From Minisyncoccota bacterium (GTDB lineage Bacteria > Patescibacteriota > Minisyncoccia > UBA6257 > JAGOQP01), in assembly GCA_041665445.1 (NCBI GenBank), contig JBAYIV010000002.1:5836-69835 (forward strand): a stretch of 64,000 nucleotides of DNA, in the 5' to 3' direction. Shown piece by piece: positions 38,259 to 47,783 of this stretch (positions within the stretch are counted from its first letter, which is position 1; each line of letters opens with the position of its first letter). The position numbers were made by a program, and so were the translations under genes. The notes beneath the pieces are model-generated. The model searched no databases. It had not been told where the DNA came from and saw only the letters and a list, made by a program, of their open reading frames with translations.

Positions 38259-38363
38259 AGCAATGGTGTGTTACTGCATTAATTATTGTATGAGTGTAGC
38301 AAAAAACATCAATAAAGAGAAATATTTTATACAAGCCCCCGCAGTCAAGCGACTAGACAATCG

Positions 38364-38891
38364 TCATCGTATTCCCGTATCACACGATATTGTCACCGAG
38401 GAAAAAGCATGCGGCAGAACGGTAATGGACGGATGGTCACAACTTGGCAAACGACTCTCGCCCGCACTCAACGTATATTGACCCGGCGGCACCGATACCG
38501 AAAATGTTCCGCTCACATTACTCATGATCAGAAGGAACGGATGAGTCGGATCACTGGCGCGAAAAATCGAAACAAGCGTTTGATATGGTTTATCGGCGCA
38601 ATTTGGATCGGGGGGCATGTGCTCCACCGGACAGGTCGGCCCAAGCATTATGGTGCCGCGAATTCCTGCGTCAGAGAGGGTGCCGTCTGTGTTCGTCGCC
38701 AGTGTCCCATCCGGACAAGGCGCAAACGCACAATCGGGACCAGTTCTGCCGACCGATGAACCATCGGGACAAAGCTTTGTCTCCATCGTACACGCCGTAT
38801 TAATTGGCTGTGTTTGAACAGCATACCAATAAGCACCCCCCGCAATCATAGTTGCGACGATAACGATGGGTGCGATAATAGTCTTTGCCAT
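38364..38891 (-). CDS. Exported protein with Cys motif and Ig-like domain
   Basis: TM; ACTMETKLCPDGSSVGRTGPDCAFAPCP; GPTCPVE...C.D.PY; VPPGQY. Confidence 0.75.
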   Translation of the reverse strand: MAKTIIAPIVIVATMIAGGAYWYAVQTQPINTACTMETKLCPDGSSVGRTGPDCAFAPCPDGTLATNTDGTLSDAGIRGTIMLGPTCPVEHMPPDPNCADKPYQTLVSIFRASDPTHPFLLIMSNVSGTFSVSVPPGQYTLSAGESRLPSCDHPSITVLPHAFSSVTISCDTGIR

Positions 38892-38968
38892 AGGAATAAA
38901 GTGTAGCACGCGCGAAAATATTTTGAAACGAACGGGAAAAAATAATTATCAAAACAAACCTTGTCAGT

Positions 38969-40450
38969 CTACCAGTCTCGATAAACCTCCCCACTCTGCT
39001 CAAGCACCTGTCCGGCTTTATCTTGTCTCCCCGCCCTGCCGAAAAAAATTGCCGCCATATCGGTCTCCCCTCTTGAGAGTGCCGCCTCTCCCGCATATTC
39101 CCAAAATTTCAACGCTTTTTCGCGTTGCCCCGCATTCTCCCAAAATTCAGCGACTTCCGTTGCCTGAGAGCGAGAAAAATAGCCGTGATTGTGCTTATTT
39201 TCCCATGCCAATCCAACCTCGCCCGCAAGAGCCAATTTTTCATATATCTTCTGCGCTGCGTCAGCGTCGCCAACATTTCCATATAACTGCGCCACTTTTT
39301 CCAAATGATAGAATTCGTTATAATTGCCTTCCGTGACCTCGAGACTCAATAATGTTTTTATTTCGTCTCTTTTGAGCAATTCGTCCAACTGTTTCCTTTC
39401 AAATCCCTGATGCTGTAAAAGGCTCTGCTTTATATCCAGAGCTTGTATGGTTGGACGATTGGCCGTTATATGTGGCCCCCTTTTAAGAATATCTTCCTTG
39501 TACTTTTCAATCGCCTCTTGGGGAAGATACATAATCGCCAAATCGCCATACTGCAGGTCCAAGGCTCCGCATTCTTTTATTATTTTTGCCTTTTCGGCTT
39601 CAATTTCTTCCGCGCCCGCCCCCTCTTTAATGCGATAAGCAAATATCTCAAGCATCTGCTCGACTCTATCTTGATATTTTTTTGAAAGATCTTCGCCCGC
39701 GTGGTGCAATGATCCGTCTTGATTATAAACGTCTTGAGGAACAAACCCCATCTTTTCCCAAAAACCGAAAGAGTTAAACGCCGCCTGTAATAAAACTTTT
39801 CCGTCCGCACCCAACTGGAGGCTCCTTTCGACGGCTATTTCCGTGAGCAACTTTCCAATATTTTCATACTTACCGCCAATATATCTGTCCCGTTCGGCCA
39901 TTTCGACAAACACCTTTGCGGGTCTTTTAACTCTTTGCTCTCCATTCCCATAATCCTCTTCAAAAAAATGATCGTGATCCCACCCGGGACCGTAATTATT
40001 TTTATCCATCGCCCCATCCGGCAAATCCCTTCTTAGATAGAGATCACCGATGCGCTGGCCATCGGGACGAATCAAAAAAAATCCCTCTTGGTCCGGTTCT
40101 TGGGCTCGCCCCTTGGCCTTGTGTATCTCCACTCTGACCGTCTCCCCGCTTTCTTTATCCACAACATCAACCTCGCCGATTTTGGGACCGTAAAAACCAC
40201 ATTCCTTGTACGCCTCAATAACACTCACGTCTGCCTTAAACCTATGGGGACCAAAATACATTTCATCAATTTTCTTGTCTATCAGACTTTTGTTTGCTCC
40301 CGTGGGCTCACTGGCTTCTTTTGTGAAATCGTCGCCCTCCTTAATAGCAGGGACACTCAATTCTTCCTCTGCCACATCTTTGGGAACCGCAAAATCCTCC
40401 TCCGCAAGAGAAGTTGAATCGCTTGAACTTATGCCGTGTTGTTCGTCCAT
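38969..40450 (-). CDS. Hypothetical protein with GNAT-like domain and C-terminal helical (TPR-like) repeats
   Basis: YENIGKLL...FGFWEKMGF; AEFWENAG..EKA..FWEYAG repeats. Confidence 0.6.
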   Translation of the reverse strand: MDEQHGISSSDSTSLAEEDFAVPKDVAEEELSVPAIKEGDDFTKEASEPTGANKSLIDKKIDEMYFGPHRFKADVSVIEAYKECGFYGPKIGEVDVVDKESGETVRVEIHKAKGRAQEPDQEGFFLIRPDGQRIGDLYLRRDLPDGAMDKNNYGPGWDHDHFFEEDYGNGEQRVKRPAKVFVEMAERDRYIGGKYENIGKLLTEIAVERSLQLGADGKVLLQAAFNSFGFWEKMGFVPQDVYNQDGSLHHAGEDLSKKYQDRVEQMLEIFAYRIKEGAGAEEIEAEKAKIIKECGALDLQYGDLAIMYLPQEAIEKYKEDILKRGPHITANRPTIQALDIKQSLLQHQGFERKQLDELLKRDEIKTLLSLEVTEGNYNEFYHLEKVAQLYGNVGDADAAQKIYEKLALAGEVGLAWENKHNHGYFSRSQATEVAEFWENAGQREKALKFWEYAGEAALSRGETDMAAIFFGRAGRQDKAGQVLEQSGEVYRDW

Positions 40451-40563
40451 AATTAAAAAGAATGGTATCAAAAAAAATCTTTTCCGGCAACAAAAAATTT
40501 CTATTTTTTGTAAAAGAAAAAGCTCGAGTTTCCCCGAGCTTAGTGCGACGAAAGACCGATCGA

Positions 40564-41364
40564 TCATTCGCCGACGAGCGACTGCATTGAGGCAACCCAA
40601 TCCTTTCCTTCCTCGGTGACTCGTGCATGAAGCATCATCACTTTTGCCCCCTCGATCTGAACGGAAAAGCGCGAAAAGTGATCAAATGCCGCCGAGAATG
40701 GATCGTCGTGATGACTCAGATCAGTCACCACCGCAACGTGCGTTGCCCCTCGACGGGCCGCCTCGATCATGAGCAAAATGCCGTAAGGCACCAGCCCACC
40801 AAATCTGAAAGTGTCACCCAGCATCTTGGAACTCATGGGAAGGTGCAGGTCGCTTAGAACGACATCAAAGGTCTCCGTCGCAAGAGCCTCCATCGCGTCA
40901 TCATACCCCATCACCGTGGTGAGTTGATGCCCCGCCAAACCCTTTTTGGCACTCCTGATGTGCTGTGGAGTATCATCGATGACGAGAATGCGTTTGGGAT
41001 TGGCGAGAACCGAACTTGCCCCAATCTCTTGGGAAAGTGGTAGGGGTTCCTTGCTTATGCCGTCGATGATTTTCATGAACCCGGCGATCGCTTCCGTCGC
41101 CGAGACAACGGCACATTTCTCGGGCAGTGCCGGCACATCTCCACCCGCGTGTAAAAACGCATACGATTTTTCGTTGTCGTACCCCCTTTCGATGTCACGC
41201 GGGTCGGTAAAGATCACCAGATCGGCCTCACCGACGCTTTCGACGAAAGCGATGCCCGCCTCACCGATGAGCGTCCAGAGCACTCTCTTGATCGCCATCG
41301 CAAAAGGCCCGCGAGGGATCACCAGACAAACCTTCACCAGTCGTACCGCCGTCTCGCTACCCAT
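40564..41364 (-). CDS. Orphan protein with C-terminal receiver-like domain
   Basis: RILVIDD...FDVVLSDLHLP. Confidence 0.7.
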   Translation of the reverse strand: MGSETAVRLVKVCLVIPRGPFAMAIKRVLWTLIGEAGIAFVESVGEADLVIFTDPRDIERGYDNEKSYAFLHAGGDVPALPEKCAVVSATEAIAGFMKIIDGISKEPLPLSQEIGASSVLANPKRILVIDDTPQHIRSAKKGLAGHQLTTVMGYDDAMEALATETFDVVLSDLHLPMSSKMLGDTFRFGGLVPYGILLMIEAARRGATHVAVVTDLSHHDDPFSAAFDHFSRFSVQIEGAKVMMLHARVTEEGKDWVASMQSLVGE

Positions 41365-41506
41365 GTTTCAACTCCCTTCCTTTGAGAAACCGCAAAAGTC
41401 AATGTGCGACTTGAACCAAACCATATAATGGCATTTATTCAATCAAGTGTCAATATATCGCACCGGCTCTTTTGACTGTACGGAACAATTGTGGTAGTAT
41501 GAGCCC

Positions 41507-41845
41507 ATGAACAACTTTGAAGATGCATCACAAAACGAACAAGGCAAAGAGCACATCCCTGCACGCGAAGAAATTCTAGCGCAAATTCACGAGCGATGTG
41601 AGAGCGCGGAAATTATCCGCGAGCTTGCCGACACTGACGGAGTATATCTCCTTGAAGCGCGCGAGCAAGGGAAAAAACCGGGCGAGTTTACCGATTATAT
41701 TTATCAGCGCAAAGGAACATTCCCCGGCCACAATGACGCGGAAAAAACAGTTCTTGAAAAAGTATATTTTGAGGACGATATGCCGTGCGGCGGAGACATC
41801 ATTGCTGAGTACGACGACACCACACGAACGTGGATCGAGAAATAG
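41507..41845 (+). CDS. Hypothetical acidic protein
   Basis: TTGACT...TAGTAT promoter just upstream; convergent hairpin at 41878-41912. Confidence 0.65.
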   Translation: MNNFEDASQNEQGKEHIPAREEILAQIHERCESAEIIRELADTDGVYLLEAREQGKKPGEFTDYIYQRKGTFPGHNDAEKTVLEKVYFEDDMPCGGDIIAEYDDTTRTWIEK

Positions 41846-41877
41846 CTCGGCGCGTACATCGACGCTTTGCAATAGAA

Positions 41878-41912
41878 ACAACAAACACCTCGCAGAGAGG
41901 TGTTTGTTGTTG
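41878..41912. terminator. Bidirectional terminator
   Basis: ACAACAAACACCTC-GCA-GAGAGGTGTTTGTTGT between convergent genes. Confidence 0.75.
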
Positions 41913-41931
41913 TTTTTAAACCATTGCAATA

Positions 41932-42393
41932 TTATTTTACCCCATCGGCAAACTCGCCACGTATTTCCATCCAAAGCTTTCCCAGATGGTTTTCTCCGTC
42001 TTTGTTTGGTCCCCACCCCCAATAGGCATCGCGCCATGAATCTTCAACCAGCTCTCGGTCTCCTGATTCAATAAGTTTCTTCTTCACGTACGGATGCTGT
42101 TCGACTTTCGCACGCAAAATTTCTTTCATAATTCCAAGCTTAACCGCATCCCAGTCGTTGCGATACTTGTCTTTGTTTGCATTGGCAAGTTTTTGAGAAT
42201 CATGCGCAGAGCGAGTGAGACGTATCTGCTCTTTTAAGTCCTCGTTTTCAAACTTCTCGGAATGATACGCATGTTCGGAAGTTGGATACAGTTTCCCCTT
42301 CCACTCAACAGCAAACGAGGAGAAATTTGAAAACACGTAAAATTCGTGTTCATAGAAAAAGATTTGCGCGTCAGTGTCATTACCGTGATTCAT
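41932..42393 (-). CDS. NADAR family protein
   Basis: FSNFS, YPTSEHAY, LVEDS.RDAYWG, GENHLGKLWM. Confidence 0.92.
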   Translation of the reverse strand: MNHGNDTDAQIFFYEHEFYVFSNFSSFAVEWKGKLYPTSEHAYHSEKFENEDLKEQIRLTRSAHDSQKLANANKDKYRNDWDAVKLGIMKEILRAKVEQHPYVKKKLIESGDRELVEDSWRDAYWGWGPNKDGENHLGKLWMEIRGEFADGVK

Positions 42394-42593
42394 AATGTTG
42401 AGAATAGCACAAAAATGTTTCGCCGTCCTCTACAAACGCGCGGAGAAACTCTTGCTTTGCAACTGATGTGTCGCAAGATAGAAATCGCATCACAATAAAA
42501 GAAAACCGCCAGAGGTCTGGGAAGACGTAGCGGGTTGTGGGTAGTCTGTTCTGCGAGGTTGAGAAAACCAGATCGTGTGGTGTGCGGAGCCGG

Positions 42594-43028
42594 CTATATA
42601 TATTTGGCTCCCAATCGTCTTCCGGTTTCTTCCAGCTCGCTGTTGGTGAGGGACTCGACCGTTGTCCCTCCCTTGTTGTCAACGATGAATTTCCGAGGTG
42701 CCCAAACCTTGGGGACCAGTACGCGCCATCGCTTTGAACCGTTGGGTGAGTTTCCGGGAGTTTTTCCCTGGGGAACCCGAGAACGACGGTCCCGGTAGTC
42801 GTCCACGTCACGCGCTATGGACAGCGCGACGAAGAAGAACATGGCACCGAAAAAAGCTGCGCCAAGCTCCGTCAAGCCGAAGATCGGGTCGGCGTAGATG
42901 TCGCTTCCGGAATATCCAGCGCCCAGCGCGACACCGACGATGATTGAAGCTGAACGGACACAACCGATGGCTCCGACGAGCAATAAAACTGCGACAAGGA
43001 CCTTCAGGAAGACATCACTCTTCTTCAT
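42594..43028 (-). CDS. Hypothetical membrane protein
   Basis: SD GAGGAGG; hydrophobic N-terminal half. Confidence 0.55.
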   Translation of the reverse strand: MKKSDVFLKVLVAVLLLVGAIGCVRSASIIVGVALGAGYSGSDIYADPIFGLTELGAAFFGAMFFFVALSIARDVDDYRDRRSRVPQGKTPGNSPNGSKRWRVLVPKVWAPRKFIVDNKGGTTVESLTNSELEETGRRLGAKYI

Positions 43029-43151
43029 CACAACCTCCTCAATTTGCTGGCTGTAGAATAATACGATTTTCCCCAAAGTGTCAATAGACGCCCGAGCGAT
43101 GCGATGCAAGAGAAACGACCGGGAGAAACTAAAGTCTCGCTTCCATCGACA

Positions 43152-43847
43152 CTATGCATCATCTCCCGCCAAGCGCAGGCGCGCCAGTGCGCGCCGATGA
43201 AGCACATATCCGACAATCCGATACATCATCAACAAGATGAAAATAATTCCCGTGATCCAATACATGTCTACCATCGCGCTCACCGCGCTGTCGGTCCCCG
43301 TCATAACGCCATGCACGAACGAAAACGCAAAAAGCGGATAGACGACGTAATGGGTCGCACGCCAAAAACGCGGCGTCCTGATGCGTAAAAAAATAGAAAC
43401 CAAAATCGTTATCACGAGCAAATAAAAACCGATAATACCCATGCCGACATAGACCGGTTTAAAGCTTGACGCAAGTGGAACGAATAATTCAGTGATGCCG
43501 AAATGGACGAACGAATCAAAAAACAGGGAAAATATATGCACCAGCACCACCACACCCAACGCGATACTGACATATTTATGAATGGTCCATGCCTTAATTG
43601 GATTGATAAACCGATACACAAAGCCACCGGTCATGCCGGTCCCCAATACCACCACGATAAACATAAGAACGTACGCGGTAATCGCCGCCGAGCGCGTAAT
43701 GTACCACGGCAAGTTTTGAGGGTGATGTGCGGTGATTCCATCCACCAGCGCCCCCAGCCAGTTACTCTGCAAAAGAGCGCCATACGCCACCACCAATCCG
43801 ATACCGACAATGATCGCGACGCTCAACCACAAAAGAGCTTTCTTCAT
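43152..43847 (-). CDS. Ferric-reductase-like (MsrQ-like) di-heme membrane protein
   Basis: WYITRSA; paired His HKYVS...LVH and HYVVY...FVH; GTDS. Confidence 0.88.
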   Translation of the reverse strand: MKKALLWLSVAIIVGIGLVVAYGALLQSNWLGALVDGITAHHPQNLPWYITRSAAITAYVLMFIVVVLGTGMTGGFVYRFINPIKAWTIHKYVSIALGVVVLVHIFSLFFDSFVHFGITELFVPLASSFKPVYVGMGIIGFYLLVITILVSIFLRIRTPRFWRATHYVVYPLFAFSFVHGVMTGTDSAVSAMVDMYWITGIIFILLMMYRIVGYVLHRRALARLRLAGDDA

Positions 43848-43857
43848 ATGACGCGCA

Positions 43858-44799
43858 TTAGAAATAGTCGAGTGCTCGTTTTGAGAATATCACGCTCCCA
43901 TTTTTGAAAAAAATAAGGCACGCCGCCTCCGGCTGCTCCTCAATAAATTTCAATCCCTCTTGGGACCCCAGCACCAGAATCGTTTTTGCATAAATATCCG
44001 CCTCGGTCGCCGTGCGAGTAATGGCGGTCACCGCCAGCACATCGTTAACAACCGGCAAGCCAGTGCGCGGATCGATAATATGATGCCATTCGTATCCGCC
44101 CGCATTCCCCTTCCTTTTGAAAATACCCGACGTGGCGATGCCCAGCATACGCCCCCGCGTATTGAGTGAAAAAAGTTGTGTCTCCGGCCGATACGGATTT
44201 TGCACCCCCACGTGCCAATCTCCATCGTCTCCATTTTTTCCGCTCACATACAAATCGCCGCCGGCCGATATCCAAAAATCATTCACCTCTCCCAGTGCGT
44301 GACTCCCCACATAATCAAGAATATATCCTTTTCCAATGCCACCAAAATCCAATCGCAGGCCGTCCGGCTTGGAAACGGTTGTTTTCCCCACTTGCAATTG
44401 CGTCAGTAGCGTCCGATGGGCAAATGTATTTTGAATTTGAGCGACATTGACCATGACGCCAGCTTCCGACTCGGGCGTCATTTCCGTGAAACTTTTCCGG
44501 TATCCGACTTCTTCCAAACTGCCAATAATCGTCGGATCAAAAACGCCGTCCGTTGCCCAAAAAAAACGCTGCGTCGCCGTCAGGAGCTTTTTCATAAAAT
44601 CGCTCACGGCGATATCTCCCCCCGGCGCATTATTAAAATCAGTCAATTCGCTGTCCTCAAGAAACCGACTGAAGCGTTTTTCAAAATCTTTTATTTCACG
44701 CTCCGCATCGTCAAGCGCGTTCTGTTGATCATCAGAAAGCCAAGCGGTGAGAACCACCTCCGTTCCCATCGCGTTTAGTTTCTTCCAGTAAAGCCGCAT
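43858..44799 (-). CDS. apbE: FAD:protein FMN transferase
   Basis: AMGT, FSRF..DSEL, GVFDPT, LDFGGIGKG, GGD, ATSG, HHIIDPRTG, ADIYAK. Confidence 0.95.
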   Translation of the reverse strand: MRLYWKKLNAMGTEVVLTAWLSDDQQNALDDAEREIKDFEKRFSRFLEDSELTDFNNAPGGDIAVSDFMKKLLTATQRFFWATDGVFDPTIIGSLEEVGYRKSFTEMTPESEAGVMVNVAQIQNTFAHRTLLTQLQVGKTTVSKPDGLRLDFGGIGKGYILDYVGSHALGEVNDFWISAGGDLYVSGKNGDDGDWHVGVQNPYRPETQLFSLNTRGRMLGIATSGIFKRKGNAGGYEWHHIIDPRTGLPVVNDVLAVTAITRTATEADIYAKTILVLGSQEGLKFIEEQPEAACLIFFKNGSVIFSKRALDYF

Positions 44800-44828
44800 A
44801 GTATAGATAAACGCTTGGTTAACCGCTG

Positions 44829-46394
44829 TTAATCATCGTATCCACCGTCATCATCGGAATAATATCTCCGTCCCGTTACTTGCGTAGACGCGCTCCCTTG
44901 AATTCCTCCCGCGGCCTGCGCCGGAGAAGATGCCGCTGCCGGAGACGATACCGATGTTACCGGTGCGGGAGCCGTCTGACCGCTCACATACGCAGGAGTT
45001 GTTGGTGACTGTGTAATGCCGGCAGTCTGCTGTGGTTGAGTTTGTGCAGGCGCAGCTGTTGAAACGGGCGCCGACACGGACGTTACCGGTGCGGGAGCAA
45101 AAAGAGATGCCGGTTGTGTTCCTACTGTAGCGACATTTGCCGCTTGAGATGCGGAAACGGTTTGTGCTTGTGATTGCACGCCAGCCGGTGCGGCCGGAGA
45201 CGATACCGATGTTATCGGCGCAGGAGCGGCGGTACGCGTGGCCACAGCCACCTGCGTTGACGCACGAACCGGTGCGGAAACGGACTTCTTTGCAGACGCA
45301 CTCTGTCCCAAAGCAACCGCCATCGGGGCACTACCCGAACTACCCGCGGCATTTTCAGTAACCGGTGCGCCCGAGACCGATGTTACGGGTAACGGTGCCT
45401 GCGTTGATGCGGGCACGACATTTGATTGAACCGCTCCGGCTCCCGTTCGCACCAAAGAACCGGCAGTCACCGATGAGGCGTTAACCAGACGGCGCGAGTC
45501 GGAAGATTGTAGAGAAGATTGGACTTTTGCCGATAGCGTGCTGGCGTTTGTAATTGAAATGTATGCAAAGGTCGCGATTGCTGCCGAGAAGGCCATCGCA
45601 TAAGAAAGATTTTTCATCTGCGCCCGCAACCCCACGTCCCCCGTCATTGAAAAAGCCTCAATCACAATCTGTGATTGATCAACGCCCGCCGCAAGAAGCT
45701 CCGACTGTATTCCTTTCATGAAACCAGGCGATCCGCAGAGAAAAAATGTTTTTCCATAAACACCGCCCGTAAAAGCATCAATGATACGTGCATTAATTCT
45801 TTCATTGATAAACCCCGCGGCGGGAAGCCGGACATTTTCTTCATCCGTAATGGAAATGAGTACGCGCATGCGCGGATTTCTCGCCGCAAGATGCGCAAGG
45901 TCATCCAAAAAGACAGCCCCCTCCATCGTTCGATTGCTATACAACAGTGACAGTTTATTTTCCAATCGATTATCGGCAGCATAGCGCAACGCACTCATAA
46001 ATGGCGTCACGCCGATACCACCCGCGATAAAAACTGCCTCGCGATGTTTTTTCTCATCAAAAATAAACGACCCGTACGGCCCAGACACAAAAACATCGTC
46101 TCCTTCGTTTAATTTCGCAAGATCGCGCGTAAAACTTCCACCGATCTTGACTCCCAGTGTGAGCACATCAGTCTGCGTCGGCGAACTGGCGATAGAAAAA
46201 GCATGCCGCGCCGCACGGGCTCCTCGCGAAGTAATATAGGAGAGCATCACATACTGTCCGGGTCGAAAATTGAAAACCGGTTCTCCGCGAATATCAACCA
46301 AATCCAAAACAACGACATCGGACGATGCTTGTGTAATTTTTTTTATTGCATAGTGACGATCCTTTGAGGGGGATAATGTCGATAGTACAGACAT
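44829..46394 (-). CDS. FNR-type FAD/NAD(P)H oxidoreductase with TM and long repeat-bearing tail
   Basis: FRPGQY, HAFSIASSP, GPYG.F, AGGIGVTPF, LCGSPGF, EAF; TM; four P[VI]TSVS repeats. Confidence 0.88.
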   Translation of the reverse strand: MSVLSTLSPSKDRHYAIKKITQASSDVVVLDLVDIRGEPVFNFRPGQYVMLSYITSRGARAARHAFSIASSPTQTDVLTLGVKIGGSFTRDLAKLNEGDDVFVSGPYGSFIFDEKKHREAVFIAGGIGVTPFMSALRYAADNRLENKLSLLYSNRTMEGAVFLDDLAHLAARNPRMRVLISITDEENVRLPAAGFINERINARIIDAFTGGVYGKTFFLCGSPGFMKGIQSELLAAGVDQSQIVIEAFSMTGDVGLRAQMKNLSYAMAFSAAIATFAYISITNASTLSAKVQSSLQSSDSRRLVNASSVTAGSLVRTGAGAVQSNVVPASTQAPLPVTSVSGAPVTENAAGSSGSAPMAVALGQSASAKKSVSAPVRASTQVAVATRTAAPAPITSVSSPAAPAGVQSQAQTVSASQAANVATVGTQPASLFAPAPVTSVSAPVSTAAPAQTQPQQTAGITQSPTTPAYVSGQTAPAPVTSVSSPAAASSPAQAAGGIQGSASTQVTGRRYYSDDDGGYDD

Positions 46395-46692
46395 AACGAT
46401 AGAAAATATACTCGTATTCTAACCGAATCAAAAATGTTGCGTGATGGATACCGTCTGCGCGCCCACACCGCTTTGAGCGGGCACACTCCTACCTGGTGAT
46501 ACGCGCACTGCGTCTATCTTATTTCACGCCATCGCGACATATATTCCACGCATACGCGCGCATGTGAGGCGCTGCACCCGATAAGACGTAAATGGCCGGA
46601 CAAATATGACACTCATGTCGCCCCCGCACCTTGCAAAAAACCACCCCAAAAAGCTTACCGCAAAACTTCCCACCGACACTCGTTCCGGCGCG

Positions 46693-47772
46693 CTACCAAT
46701 CTTTGTGCCCGAGGTCTTTGAGCCCTTCCTTTGCCTTTTTCAAAAACTTCCCGAATTGGCGATCCTTCACCCGTTTTTCCACGTCGTCCATCTCGCAGTA
46801 CTTAGCTTCTTTTTTGAGATTGACATAGTTGGCATATTTTTCTTTGTCCAGCTTGCCAGACGCGACCGCCTTGGTCACCTCGCACCCGGGCTCATGCGCG
46901 TGCGTGCAATCGACGTATCTACATTTTTTTGCCAGTACAGTGATCTGATCAAAAAAAGCATCAATCCCCCCGCTCGCATCGCCCATCCCGACTTGGCGCA
47001 TCCCCGGATTATCAATAACGATTCCGCCATGAGTAAGAACATACATCTGCCTTCCCGTGGTCACGTGCTTTCCTCTGCCGGAATACGAACTGATGTCATC
47101 GGTGCGTATGGCTTCGTTGGCCGGCGGATTGCCCAATAGTTTGTTAATCAGCGACGACTTCCCGACTCCGGACGATCCCAGGAAACAATACGTTTTCCCC
47201 GTGGCAATATAGTTTCTCAATTCATCAAGACCCTCATTCTGTACGACGCTGGTAAAAAGTATATCCACGCCCGGAAACCTGCTCTCCAGCTGGCTCCGCC
47301 GTTCGTCCGATTCTTCGCGCGAAAGAAGATCAACTTTGTTAAGAACGATTGCGGGCCGCACCCCGCCGCTTTGCGCGATGGCAAAATATCTTTCAAAACG
47401 ATTTAGGTTATAATCCCGATCAACCGATTCAACCACGAACGCAACATCCACATTGGCGGCAATGATCTGGACTTTGTCTCCGTATTTTCTTTTGATCACC
47501 GTCGCTCGTGGCAATATGCCGTGAATAACCGCCAAATCATCGTCGGCCTTGGCAATGGCAACCCAATCCCCGACTGCCGGATAATCCTCCCGCGACGACG
47601 CCTCAAACATCCGCTTGCCCGTAATTTTTGCCGGATACTCCCCGTCCGCATCTTTTATGCGATATGCCTCTTTAAATTCTGCGATTACCCGCGCCATCGC
47701 AAAATCACCCAGCCCGAGCTTGTTTCTGTTCGTCTCAAAAAATGCAGAATATCCTAAATCTTCGACTTTCAT
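46693..47772 (-). CDS. rsgA: Ribosome small subunit-dependent GTPase A
   Basis: NKVDL, GSSGVGKSS, GKHVTT, DNPGMR, C...DC.H..EPGC. Confidence 0.95.
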   Translation of the reverse strand: MKVEDLGYSAFFETNRNKLGLGDFAMARVIAEFKEAYRIKDADGEYPAKITGKRMFEASSREDYPAVGDWVAIAKADDDLAVIHGILPRATVIKRKYGDKVQIIAANVDVAFVVESVDRDYNLNRFERYFAIAQSGGVRPAIVLNKVDLLSREESDERRSQLESRFPGVDILFTSVVQNEGLDELRNYIATGKTYCFLGSSGVGKSSLINKLLGNPPANEAIRTDDISSYSGRGKHVTTGRQMYVLTHGGIVIDNPGMRQVGMGDASGGIDAFFDQITVLAKKCRYVDCTHAHEPGCEVTKAVASGKLDKEKYANYVNLKKEAKYCEMDDVEKRVKDRQFGKFLKKAKEGLKDLGHKDW

Positions 47773-47783
47773 TTATATTTATT

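Noticed and set aside
41507-42393. DarT1-NADAR toxin-antitoxin pair
   Set aside because: The neighbouring ORF is convergent and shows no ADP-ribosyltransferase motif; the NADAR gene looks stand-alone.
46400-46690. FMN riboswitch
   Set aside because: The RFN consensus (AGGGC.GGG.GAAATTCCC.ACCGGCGGT) is absent.
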